DNA of 41,081 nucleotides from Pseudomonadota bacterium (GCA_043798385.1 JAZDOU010000036.1:1-41081); one strand, 5' to 3'. Positions 30,453-39,531 are shown, counted from the first letter of the stretch. A program made the numbers and translations. Notes: generated from the sequence alone by a model not told the origin.

Positions 30453-30862
30453 ACCAGGGCCAGCCTGGCCTGGATCAGCAGTCTATACTTGGCTGCGGCC
30501 TTGGCCAGGTTCTTATTCGCAAAGGCCTTAAGCAGATCGCCTTCTATCTCGGCCACCTCCAGCCGTCGGTAATAATCCAGAGATTCTTTGAGGTGGGCCA
30601 CCACGATCTTGCCGGTCAATAAAGGATGGTTGTTGGTTACGTTGGCCTCTTTATAGCGGGTCCCATGCTCCAGCTCCACTTCCAGGCCGATCCGGAATTC
30701 TTCCAGGGGAATTTTCATCCCTCTGGGTTTGACTTGGTTTAAAATGATCCGGGCTTCTTCCGTTTTAACCTCGGCTTTTTTTAGAGCGGTCCAATCGCGA
30801 AGGCTTAGGACCTGACAGACCTTTTTGACTTCTTTAACCGTTACGTATTCCGGCAGCTTCAT
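30425..30862 (-). CDS. hypothetical protein, DUF5661-like
   Basis: ATG at 30862 with GGAGGA 6 nt upstream. It has the conserved-looking core GLEVELEHG...VAHLKESLDYY. Its 3' end overlaps the flavoprotein gene by 28 nt in convergent orientation. Confidence 0.6.
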   Translation of the reverse strand: MKLPEYVTVKEVKKVCQVLSLRDWTALKKAEVKTEEARIILNQVKPRGMKIPLEEFRIGLEVELEHGTRYKEANVTNNHPLLTGKIVVAHLKESLDYYRRLEVAEIEGDLLKAFANKNLAKAAAKYRLLIQARLALVQTEADTLS

Positions 30863-30997
30863 AGAGATCCTCCTTTTAAAGGGCACTATTTCTAATGATG
30901 ATTTTATGTTAACCTGTTTGATAATACCTTTTAGAATTTAATTCGTCAATAAGGGTAGTGGGGAAGAACTTAAGGCGCTACTCTATGGAGGAATACC

Positions 30998-32530
30998 ATG
31001 AACCTTGCCCAGGTCTTATCCGAGAAAGCCAATATTTTTGGCCGAAAGACGGCCATCAAATTCAAAAAAAAAGAGTCTTCTTTTGCCGAACTAAATCAAG
31101 ACATCAAAAAGGCCGCCAAGGTGCTGAAGGATTTCAACATAGGACCAGGGGACCGGGTAGCGCTTTTCCTGCCGAAAGGTTTGGAGTTCATCGAAATTTA
31201 TCTGGCGGCCTTGAGTCTGGGGGCCATCATTGTGCCCCTTAATCCCGCCTATCAGCCGGAAGAGCTGTGGTATTTTCTTTCCGACTCGGAAACTGCCCTC
31301 CTGGTGACCACTCCTGAAAAGGTCTCCGAACTGACCTCTGTTATAAAGCAATCCCGGTCGTTCCAGGTGCTTTTGGTGGATCCCCATCATCAGGCCGAGG
31401 ATCAGTATTCCGATAGGATGGAAAGGGCCGCTGCAATCGATCTTCCCTATCCCACCCAGGAAGGCGATGTGGCCCTGCTCTGCTACACCTCAGGCACTAC
31501 CGGCCGGTCTAAGGGGGCCATGATCACCCATGGAAATCTAATCCATAACCTGCAGGCCCTTCACCAGGCCTGGCGGTGGTCCAGCCAGGACAGGCTGTTG
31601 CATGTCCTGCCCCTTTTTCATATTCATGGCCTGGCCGTGGCCTTACACGGCGGGCTTTATGCCGGCGGGACCATCATCATGGAAGAGACCTTTGATCCCT
31701 GGCGGGCCTGGCAGATTATGGAAGAAGAGCCCTGCAGCCTGCTTATGGCTGTGCCGACCATTTACCAGCGTTTGAGCAATGCCTGGGAGACCCTGGAGAG
31801 AAAGCCCAACCTGGAATCCCTGCGGGTCTTTATCTCCGGTTCCGCCCCCCTGCCGGAGTCCCTTTTCCGGCGCTTTAAAGATCAGACCGGCCGGATCCTT
31901 TTAGAACGATACGGGATGACCGAAACCGGGATGATTACCTCCAATCCCTATGAACCGGAATTGAGAAGGCTTAAGAGCGTCGGGTATCCCCTTAACGGGG
32001 TGGAGATTCGAGTGGTCGGGAAAGACAACCGGGATGTCAGGCCCGGCGAGGTCGGGGAGGTCTGGATAAAAGGCCCGAATGTGTTTAAGGGTTACTGGAA
32101 ACAGCCGGAGAAGACGGCGGAATCGTTTCAAGAAGGCTGGTTCAAGTCCGGAGATCTGGGTTATCAGGACCCCAAGGATCATCTGCGCCTCTATCTGGTG
32201 GGGAGAGGCAAGGAGTTGATTATCTCCGGTGGCTATAACGTCTATCCCAAGGAGATCGAAAACGTTCTGGAAGATCATGCCGCCGTTCAAGAGGCGGCCG
32301 TCTTTGGACTGGGTCACGAAGACCTGGGGGAGCAGGTGGTGGCTGCCCTGGTTCTAAAAGAAGGGTCTTTGTTGACCCCGGAGGAATTGATTGCTTTTTC
32401 TAAAACCCGCTTGGCCGGTTACAAGTGTCCCAAAAAGATTTTTTTCAAACCGGCCCTTCCCCGGAACAGCCTGGGGAAGCTTCAAAAGCACCTTTTAGAG
32501 AAAGAATATCAACCCGATCCCGGTATTTAG
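30998..32530 (+). CDS. AMP-dependent acyl-CoA synthetase/ligase
   Basis: 510-aa ORF with a GGAGGAA RBS. It has the AMP-binding motif YTSGTTGRSKGA, plus GYNVYPKEIE and a C-terminal catalytic Lys (GKLQK). Confidence 0.92.
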   Translation: MNLAQVLSEKANIFGRKTAIKFKKKESSFAELNQDIKKAAKVLKDFNIGPGDRVALFLPKGLEFIEIYLAALSLGAIIVPLNPAYQPEELWYFLSDSETALLVTTPEKVSELTSVIKQSRSFQVLLVDPHHQAEDQYSDRMERAAAIDLPYPTQEGDVALLCYTSGTTGRSKGAMITHGNLIHNLQALHQAWRWSSQDRLLHVLPLFHIHGLAVALHGGLYAGGTIIMEETFDPWRAWQIMEEEPCSLLMAVPTIYQRLSNAWETLERKPNLESLRVFISGSAPLPESLFRRFKDQTGRILLERYGMTETGMITSNPYEPELRRLKSVGYPLNGVEIRVVGKDNRDVRPGEVGEVWIKGPNVFKGYWKQPEKTAESFQEGWFKSGDLGYQDPKDHLRLYLVGRGKELIISGGYNVYPKEIENVLEDHAAVQEAAVFGLGHEDLGEQVVAALVLKEGSLLTPEELIAFSKTRLAGYKCPKKIFFKPALPRNSLGKLQKHLLEKEYQPDPGI

Positions 32531-33513
32531 GAAGAAACTCCGGCCAGTTTGAGGAAAAGGACTTCCCAATTCAACTGGGCGTTGACATTCTGGCTGCTAT
32601 AGACCGCGGCCTGATTGAGTAAGGTCAATCGTTTCAGCCAGACGGCCTCGGGCAGACCGAAGGCTAAGGCCCTGACCCTCTCTTTCAAATCAGGCCGGAG
32701 CGAGACCTTTTCTTCCAACCCGGCCCGGACCCAGATAATATCCCTCAAACACCACTGGCCTATCTCCAGATTCTCCTGAATCTCTTCCCGGGAACCCAGC
32801 CAGCTTTTGGCCCAACTTAACAACTGGGCCATCCCTGCCCGGGAGAGACCTTCCAGTTGGGTGATCCAGGCCTCCTGTTTTTTCCAGAAATTGATTTTTA
32901 ACAATACAAAGGCCCTTCCAATGCTCCCCCCTGAAACCAGACTTAAGGCCTGGGCCTCTTCCCGGGAGAGCCCTTTTTCTTCCATCAATTTTTCAGCAAT
33001 CAAGGCCAGGGAAAGGGGACGAAAGGCGATAGAGACGCAACGGGAGACCAGGGTGGGCAATAATTCCCCAGGGTCCCTGACCAGGAGGACAAAGAGGGTC
33101 CCTGGCGGAGGTTCTTCCAGGGTTTTCAAGAAGGCATTGGCGGCCGGTTCATTTAAGTCGGAGGCCATGTCCAAAAGGCAGAGGCGGGAGCGGCCCAGGG
33201 CCGGCCCATAAGAAAGTTGCTGGCCCAGGTTACGGATTTGTTCGATGCGGATATTGGCCCCTTCGGGTTTTAAATGGATGAAGTCCGGATGGATCTGCTT
33301 GTCAATCTTGCGGCAGGAAGGACACTGATCGCAGCCTCCCTCCGGGCCGGGTTGGTCGCAATTCAAGGCCTTGATTAATTCTACGGCGGCCATTTTTTTC
33401 CCCACCCCTTCAGGTCCGCTGAAGAGATAGGCATGATGGAGCTTATCCCTTTTCAGGGACTGTTTCAGGTTTTCTATGGCCCGGTCCTGGCCTTGAATTT
33501 GGGAGAAAGACAT
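32527..33513 (-). CDS. holB: DNA polymerase III delta-prime subunit
   Basis: 328-aa ORF with HAYLFSGPEGVGK, a Zn-module CDQCPSCRKI, and a tmk-holB arrangement with a 4-nt gap. Confidence 0.88.
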   Translation of the reverse strand: MSFSQIQGQDRAIENLKQSLKRDKLHHAYLFSGPEGVGKKMAAVELIKALNCDQPGPEGGCDQCPSCRKIDKQIHPDFIHLKPEGANIRIEQIRNLGQQLSYGPALGRSRLCLLDMASDLNEPAANAFLKTLEEPPPGTLFVLLVRDPGELLPTLVSRCVSIAFRPLSLALIAEKLMEEKGLSREEAQALSLVSGGSIGRAFVLLKINFWKKQEAWITQLEGLSRAGMAQLLSWAKSWLGSREEIQENLEIGQWCLRDIIWVRAGLEEKVSLRPDLKERVRALAFGLPEAVWLKRLTLLNQAAVYSSQNVNAQLNWEVLFLKLAGVSS

Positions 33514-33517
33514 CTGA

Positions 33518-34141
33518 TCAAGGAAAAAGAAGGTCTACTATCTGTTGATGGATTTTAGCCGGAGAAAGTGTGGCATCGATTACCTTAATCCGCCCCGGTT
33601 CTTTACGGGCCAGGGACAGATAGCCCCGGCGGATCTGTTCGTGAAAGGCCCCGGCCTCCTGCTCGAAACGGGATTCTTTCTTCGATTCCTCCGAGCGGTT
33701 GATCCGCTCCCAGGCCCGGGCCAAACCAAGAGACACCGGCAAATCCAGCAGGAAAGTTCGATCCGGTTTCAGGTCTCCCAGAATCCAGGGGCGCAATCGA
33801 TTCAGGATTTTTAGGTCCAAACCCCTGGCCAACCCTTGATAAACCACTGTGGCATCCCAAAACCGATCAGAAATGACCCATTGTCCTTGGGCCAAGGACG
33901 GTTGGATTTTTTCATTCAGGTGCGGGCAGCGATCGGCCAGATAAAGAAACAACTCGGCCTTGGGATCCAACTTCTTGTTTTTCTGGTCGAGTAAAACGGC
34001 CCGGATCTGCAGCCCGATCTTGGTCGCTCCCGGTTCCCGGGTAATCAGGCAGGGAACTCCCCGCTCATTCAGAGTCTTTCGGAGAAGTTTGATCTGGGTG
34101 GTTTTGCCGCAACCTTCTATGCCTTCAAAGGTTATAAACAT
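33518..34141 (-). CDS. tmk: thymidylate kinase
   Basis: MFITFEGIEGCGKTTQ P-loop at the N-terminus. I chose the ATG at 34141 because the predicted promoter (34189-34217) lies inside the longer track ORF that runs to 34207. Confidence 0.92.
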   Translation of the reverse strand: MFITFEGIEGCGKTTQIKLLRKTLNERGVPCLITREPGATKIGLQIRAVLLDQKNKKLDPKAELFLYLADRCPHLNEKIQPSLAQGQWVISDRFWDATVVYQGLARGLDLKILNRLRPWILGDLKPDRTFLLDLPVSLGLARAWERINRSEESKKESRFEQEAGAFHEQIRRGYLSLARKEPGRIKVIDATLSPAKIHQQIVDLLFP

Positions 34142-34188
34142 GGTTTTATAAGAATTTGATTTTGATAAGAATTCTCTTGGATTGGAAG

Positions 34189-34217
34189 AGTATAGAATAA
34201 GCCTCAAAAGGGGTCAA
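34189..34217 (-). promoter_or_regulatory. sigma70-type promoter of tmk-holB
   Basis: On the - strand: TTGACC (34217-34212), a 17-nt spacer, then TATACT (34194-34189). The flanks are nearly identical to those of the purL promoter. Confidence 0.6.
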
Positions 34218-34264
34218 GGAGAAAAGAAGGAAGGAAATGGGGGAAAAGTCATGACAAAATCAGC

Positions 34265-34293
34265 TTGACATAAGTAAAAAACGTGCGTACCAT
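34265..34293 (+). promoter_or_regulatory. candidate promoter giving a leaderless mRNA for the ATPase gene
   Basis: TTGACA (34265-34270), a 17-nt spacer, then TACCAT (34288-34293). The ATG lies 6 nt downstream and has no SD. Confidence 0.45.
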
Positions 34294-34299
34294 ACGAAT

Positions 34300-35541
34300 A
34301 TGGCTGACAAAAAAAGAAATATTGAAAAAAAAATCGACGAACTACTTGGCTTCTTTCCGGTTACGATCATTCTCGGGGTCCGCCAATGCGGAAAAACCAC
34401 CCTGGCTAAGATGTTACGGCCCCAATGGCGATATTTTGACCTTGAACGAGCCAAAGACTTTGATTTTATAAGCCGTGATTTTGATTTCTTCCTAAAAGAA
34501 CATCCCCACTCTATAGTCATCGACGAGGCGCAGAGATTCCCCGAATTGTTTCAGGAACTCCGCAGTGTCATTGACCGGGATCGCCGACGAAAGAACCGTT
34601 TTTTACTGACCGGTTCCAGTTCCCTGGAATTAATAAAAAAAGTCTCAGAAAGTCTGGCCGGCCGGGTCGGACTGGTAGAGCTTGGGACATTTAAGGTCAA
34701 TGAGACTTATGGCCAGGATTTGCCGGAATTTTATAAAATATTCTCTGAAAAGCTGAGCGGCAAAACTATTGACTATTTAAAAACGCTGAGCCCCAGTATT
34801 ACCCATGATCAGTTGATGGAGACTTTTTTAAAGGGGGGATATCCTGAACCGGTATTGGAAAAAGACGACCGGTTCCATGAAGCCTGGATGGAAAACTACC
34901 TTCAGACCTATGTGCAACGAGATATCCGAATCCTTTTCCAGAGGCTTGATTTAGTTAAATATCAACGTTTTGTTGCCATGCTGTCAACGCTCAGCGGAAC
35001 AATCATCAACCGGTCTCAAGTAGGGAGGTCCTTGGATATTTCCGAAAAGGCGGTACGGGATTATCTGGAAATTATCGAAGGCAGCTATATCTGGAGAAAT
35101 ATACCGAGCTATGAGACGAGTTTGAGTAAATCCGTCGTAAAAATGCCAAAAGGCCATTTTAGGGACAGCGGGATGGCCAATTTTATACAACAAATAAAAA
35201 CCAGGGATCAATTGCTGAATCATCCGAATGTGGGCGCCGGATTTGAGGCCTTTATCACCGAGGAGATTATCAAAGGGCTTCAGGCCCTTTCTATCACCAA
35301 CTGGCACTATTATTATTTCCGCACCAAAAACGGAGCCGAAATAGATCTTATTCTGGAAGGGCCTTTTGGAATCCTGCCTGTTGAAATAAAATTAGGAAGC
35401 CAGATCAAAAAACGGCAGATGCAGGCCATAAAAAACTTCGTTCAAATTCATAACCTTCCTTTGGGGATAGTAATCAATAATAGTGAGAAGGTTGAATTAA
35501 TCGCCGATAAAATCGTGCAGGTACCTGCAGGTTGTATTTAA
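34300..35541 (+). CDS. AAA-family ATPase with a C-terminal DUF4143 / PD-(D/E)xK-like domain
   Basis: 413-aa ORF with Walker A GVRQCGKTT and Walker B VIDEAQ. The C-terminus has a D...E-x-K pattern (AEIDLIL...PVEIKLG). Confidence 0.85.
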   Translation: MADKKRNIEKKIDELLGFFPVTIILGVRQCGKTTLAKMLRPQWRYFDLERAKDFDFISRDFDFFLKEHPHSIVIDEAQRFPELFQELRSVIDRDRRRKNRFLLTGSSSLELIKKVSESLAGRVGLVELGTFKVNETYGQDLPEFYKIFSEKLSGKTIDYLKTLSPSITHDQLMETFLKGGYPEPVLEKDDRFHEAWMENYLQTYVQRDIRILFQRLDLVKYQRFVAMLSTLSGTIINRSQVGRSLDISEKAVRDYLEIIEGSYIWRNIPSYETSLSKSVVKMPKGHFRDSGMANFIQQIKTRDQLLNHPNVGAGFEAFITEEIIKGLQALSITNWHYYYFRTKNGAEIDLILEGPFGILPVEIKLGSQIKKRQMQAIKNFVQIHNLPLGIVINNSEKVELIADKIVQVPAGCI

Positions 35542-35618
35542 GCTGAGGAAGGTATGGATGCCAAATTCAAACTATCTAAATGGATTAGGATAATCATTTG
35601 CTTAAAAACGTATAATTC

Positions 35619-36458
35619 TCAAGCAGTCGTTTTAAGGTACTCATAAGCATTCTTGAAAATTTTTAGTCCCGCCCCTTCCTCACTTTCCAACTCCTTTCCT
35701 GCCCGCTTTCTCAGTTCATTCGTTAAGGTCCAGTTGGGATGCTGGGTGAAGTGGTGATAGGCCTCGGGATGGGGCATGAGTCCGAAGATTCGGCCGGTGG
35801 GATCGCAGATACCGGCGATATCCAATAACGATCCGTTGGGATTATCCGGAAACCGGCCCTGGGCCGTTTCCCCTGAAGGCAGGGTATAAGTTAGGGCGGC
35901 CTGATTATTTTCCTGCAGTTGGTTCAAGACCCCTTCGGGGGCATAGAATTTTCCTTCTCCGTGTCGAACAGGCAATTCCAGGAACTCGATCCCCCGGGTA
36001 AAAATGCAAGGGGACTCTGGATTGGCCCGCATCTTCACCCAGTCGTTTCTGAAATTTCCACAGTCATTGGCCAGCAGGGCCACCTCCCGTCGATCATATT
36101 GCCCTTGAAAACCGGGCAATAGACCCAAGTTGACCATGGCCTGGAACCCGTTGCAGATCCCGATGATCAGCTTGCCTTGGGCAATAAATTCTTCCAGATC
36201 GGCTTTTAGTTTGTATTTCAATCGGGTGGCCAAAAGGACCCCGGCCCCGTGATCATCCCCCCAGCTAAAACCGCCGTCAAAGACCAGGAAGTGATAGGTG
36301 GATAGTTTTTGTTGAGGCCGGCTCGTTTCCGAGTTTATCAATTCACTGATATGGACCCGTTCGGCCTCAAACCCGGCCAGGGTCAAGGCATATTGGGTTT
36401 CTAAGTCACAATTGAGACCATATCCGGTCAATACCAGGGCGCGGGGCGTTTCCATCAT
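35619..36458 (-). CDS. purQ: phosphoribosylformylglycinamidine synthase, glutamine amidotransferase subunit
   Basis: 279-aa ORF with the catalytic Cys in GICNGFQ and His in MPHPE. Its ATGA start overlaps the purL stop. Confidence 0.9.
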   Translation of the reverse strand: MMETPRALVLTGYGLNCDLETQYALTLAGFEAERVHISELINSETSRPQQKLSTYHFLVFDGGFSWGDDHGAGVLLATRLKYKLKADLEEFIAQGKLIIGICNGFQAMVNLGLLPGFQGQYDRREVALLANDCGNFRNDWVKMRANPESPCIFTRGIEFLELPVRHGEGKFYAPEGVLNQLQENNQAALTYTLPSGETAQGRFPDNPNGSLLDIAGICDPTGRIFGLMPHPEAYHHFTQHPNWTLTNELRKRAGKELESEEGAGLKIFKNAYEYLKTTA

Positions 36459-39448
36459 ATCAGGCCTCCAAAGGTTTGGTGAAAGGCCTCTCTCAAGGGT
36501 TTCAGGCGTGTCTTTATCAAGGTCTCTCTTCCATCTTTAATGATCAAGGTTTGATCTTTCCTTACCCGGCCTATGCAGTTCATCGGACATCCGGCCAGGG
36601 TTTTTTCAAAAGACTTTTTCTCTTTGGGGTCCACGCACAGGATCATCCTTCCACAGGTTTCGGAAAAAAGAGTCTTGTCCGGCCTAAGGGTAGAGGAGCC
36701 CGGGACCTTGGCCAGATTCACCTCAACACCCAAATCTCCGGCCAGGGACATGAGGGCCAGATGGATTCCCAGCCCTCCTCGATAGACCCCGTGGGCCGAG
36801 GCCACCAAACCCTCCTGAATGGCCTGTTGTATGGCCCGGTAGGATTTCAATTCAGCCGCCCCGGTCGAACGGGGCACATTGAGTCCGACCTGCCCTAATA
36901 GATCATAATATTCCGATCCCCCTAATTCATCCCTGGTCTCACCCAGGACATAGATCAGGTCCCCGGGAACTTTTACATCCAGAGAGAGACATCTTCGGAC
37001 ATCGGCAACGATGCTGGTGGCCGTAAATTGAAAGGTCGGCAGCCCGGAAATCCGGTGGGCCTCTCCAAAGGGGCCGTTGATATAGCCGTCCACGTACATG
37101 CTGTCTTTTCCCGAGAGCAGGGGGATGCCGAACTCAAGGCAGATATCCCTCAAGGCCCAGTTGGCCCGCACCAATTGAGCGGCCTTGTATTTTCCATCCG
37201 GGTTTTCCTGCGGATCATATTGAACGCTGGGCCAGCAGAAATTATCCACTCCGCCGATCTGCTCCAGGAGGCTTCCCACCACCAATAGCCTCCGGACCGT
37301 TTCATCGATGGTGGCGGCCACCATGGCGTAGGTGTCGATCTGTCCATAGGTGGGCAGGATGGACTGGGTGAAGGCAATGCCCTTCAAAGAAGGCAGATGG
37401 GGGCGGATCACCACGGCATCTGCGGGGATATCCCGGAATTTTCCAACCAGGGGTTTAAGGACATTTCCACCCTGGACCTCATGATCGTATTGACGGACAA
37501 TCCAGTTTTTGGAGGCGATGTTCGGTCTGGATAACATGTTTTTCAGAAGCCCCGGATAATCTTCCGGCTCTTTGATCACCGGCTCGAACAGCCCCCTGGC
37601 CGCAGGCTCCCGCCATTTAGCCTCAAAGGTCCATTTTGGGAAATCGGATTGTAAAAAATCCAGATCTACATAGGCACAGGTTTTCCCCTCATAAAGCAGA
37701 TGAACCTTGCCTGAATCCGTATAGTGCCCGATGCCGGCGCATTCCACATTGTGTTTACGGGTCAGGGCCTGAAAACGATCCCAATGTTCAGGCTTTAACC
37801 CCACGGTCATTCGTTCCTGGGATTCGGAGACCCAGATTTCCCATTGATCCAGCCCCTCATATTTCAAGGGCACCCTATCCAGGTGAACCTCACAGCCGTT
37901 GCTGAAGCGGGCCGATTCTCCGATTGAGGACGAAAGTCCGCCGCCGCCGTTATCAGTTATATAGGAAACAATTCCCTCATCCCGGGCTTCCAGCAGAAAG
38001 TCATGCATCTTTTTTTGGGTATAGGGGTCGCCGATCTGGACATGGCCGGCCGGGGTATTGGCACTGTAGACTTCGGAAGAGGCGGTAACCCCGTGGATCC
38101 CGTCCTTACCTACCCGGCCGCCGCACATGACGATCAGATCTCCCGGTTCGGTCCGTTTAATTTCTATCGGTTCTTCCTTAATCCTGGCCGGCATGAATCC
38201 CAGGGCGGCCACAAAGACCAGACATTTCCCGATATAGTTGGGGTGAAAAAAGACCTGGCCGAAGGGTGTAGGGATGCCACTTTTGTTCCCTCCGTCCCGC
38301 ACCCCTTCGATGATCCCGTCCAAGAGCCTCCGGGGATGGAGTTTGGGCTTGAGAGGGCCGGCATAGTCCCGGGGCCCGACACAATATCCGTAACTGCCCA
38401 TCCAAAGTCTGGACCCTTTGCCGGTGCCCATGGGATCCCGATAGACCCCGACGATTCCGGTTATGGCCCCGCCGTAAGGTTCCATGTTGGAAGGGCTGTT
38501 ATGGGTCTCAGCGGTAATGCAATAATAATGATTTTCATCAAACCGGGCCACCCCGGCATTGTCCCAAAGGACCGAAATGACCCAGTCCTTCTCTTTCTGG
38601 ATCTTCAGGGTAGGGGCCTCGATACAGGTCTTAAAGAGATTATCGATCTCTTGCCGTTGGCCTGTTGAGAGATCGACATAATGGAACAACCCCCTGAAGG
38701 TATTATGATTGCAGTGGTCACTGCGGGCCTGGGAGATATATTCCAATTCCACATCCGTAGGCTGGGCCAATCCCACCTGATTCCGGGCATCAAGAACCTC
38801 GGGTCTTTGGAAATAGGCTTGGATGACCGGCATGTCTCCTAATGGCAAGGCCCAGGATCGCTCTCGGTTGATCCGGGAGAATTCTTCTAGAGAATCAATG
38901 GGGATGATGGATACTGTCGGTTGATGATGTAAGGCCACCTTGGGGACGGGCCGGCCGATTCCCTGCTTAGGGTCCCAATCGGACTTGGCGAATACCTTCC
39001 ATTGTTGAATCAGATCATTGGCCAGGAGTTCCCGGGCTATTTGCTTAACGGCCTCTTTTTTTATCCGCGGGGCCTTGATGAGATATTGCCGGGAGGTATA
39101 GATCCCTTCTTCAGACGGAAGCTTTATTTCCAAAAAGGCCTCGATGGCCTCGATAGCCGTGCTGCCGGCATTGTCCTTGACCCCGGGGAGCAGACCCACC
39201 CAGATGAGCCAATCAAAATCCTGGGCCAGAGGCTGGAATGAGGAGTTCTGGGTCACCGGATTGGTAAAAATCTCAGTCCGGATGGCTGCGAGCTGCTCTT
39301 GGGTCAAAGAGGTATCAAAGGTCAGGACCTGAATGGTCCGAACCCTTTCCATTTTTAGGCCAAGATATTCCAGGGCCTTTTTCTTGAGGGTCTCCCCCTC
39401 TGGGTCCCGGAGCTCGGGCTTCAACATAATTTCCAAGCGCTCAGGCAT
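36455..39448 (-). CDS. purL: phosphoribosylformylglycinamidine synthase, synthetase subunit with an N-terminal PurS-like domain
   Basis: 997-aa ORF. The first ~80 aa resemble PurS (LKPELRDPEGETL). AIR-synthase-like repeats follow, and there is no GATase domain. Confidence 0.93.
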   Translation of the reverse strand: MPERLEIMLKPELRDPEGETLKKKALEYLGLKMERVRTIQVLTFDTSLTQEQLAAIRTEIFTNPVTQNSSFQPLAQDFDWLIWVGLLPGVKDNAGSTAIEAIEAFLEIKLPSEEGIYTSRQYLIKAPRIKKEAVKQIARELLANDLIQQWKVFAKSDWDPKQGIGRPVPKVALHHQPTVSIIPIDSLEEFSRINRERSWALPLGDMPVIQAYFQRPEVLDARNQVGLAQPTDVELEYISQARSDHCNHNTFRGLFHYVDLSTGQRQEIDNLFKTCIEAPTLKIQKEKDWVISVLWDNAGVARFDENHYYCITAETHNSPSNMEPYGGAITGIVGVYRDPMGTGKGSRLWMGSYGYCVGPRDYAGPLKPKLHPRRLLDGIIEGVRDGGNKSGIPTPFGQVFFHPNYIGKCLVFVAALGFMPARIKEEPIEIKRTEPGDLIVMCGGRVGKDGIHGVTASSEVYSANTPAGHVQIGDPYTQKKMHDFLLEARDEGIVSYITDNGGGGLSSSIGESARFSNGCEVHLDRVPLKYEGLDQWEIWVSESQERMTVGLKPEHWDRFQALTRKHNVECAGIGHYTDSGKVHLLYEGKTCAYVDLDFLQSDFPKWTFEAKWREPAARGLFEPVIKEPEDYPGLLKNMLSRPNIASKNWIVRQYDHEVQGGNVLKPLVGKFRDIPADAVVIRPHLPSLKGIAFTQSILPTYGQIDTYAMVAATIDETVRRLLVVGSLLEQIGGVDNFCWPSVQYDPQENPDGKYKAAQLVRANWALRDICLEFGIPLLSGKDSMYVDGYINGPFGEAHRISGLPTFQFTATSIVADVRRCLSLDVKVPGDLIYVLGETRDELGGSEYYDLLGQVGLNVPRSTGAAELKSYRAIQQAIQEGLVASAHGVYRGGLGIHLALMSLAGDLGVEVNLAKVPGSSTLRPDKTLFSETCGRMILCVDPKEKKSFEKTLAGCPMNCIGRVRKDQTLIIKDGRETLIKTRLKPLREAFHQTFGGLI

Positions 39449-39531
39449 AAGCCTTTATTTCCTTTCGGCCCTTAATAATTTGCAGGGGAAAAATATTTTT
39501 TTACTTGTAAAATTTGATTTTTATGGGAAAG

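Noticed and set aside
33518-34207. Longer track starts for several genes: tmk (34207), ADH (39333), flavoprotein (28686), crotonase (27805), cooS (9490) and the DUF5661-like gene (30886).
   Set aside because: In each case an internal start has a proper SD at correct spacing and gives a canonical N-terminus. The extensions cross predicted promoters, RBSs or neighbouring genes.
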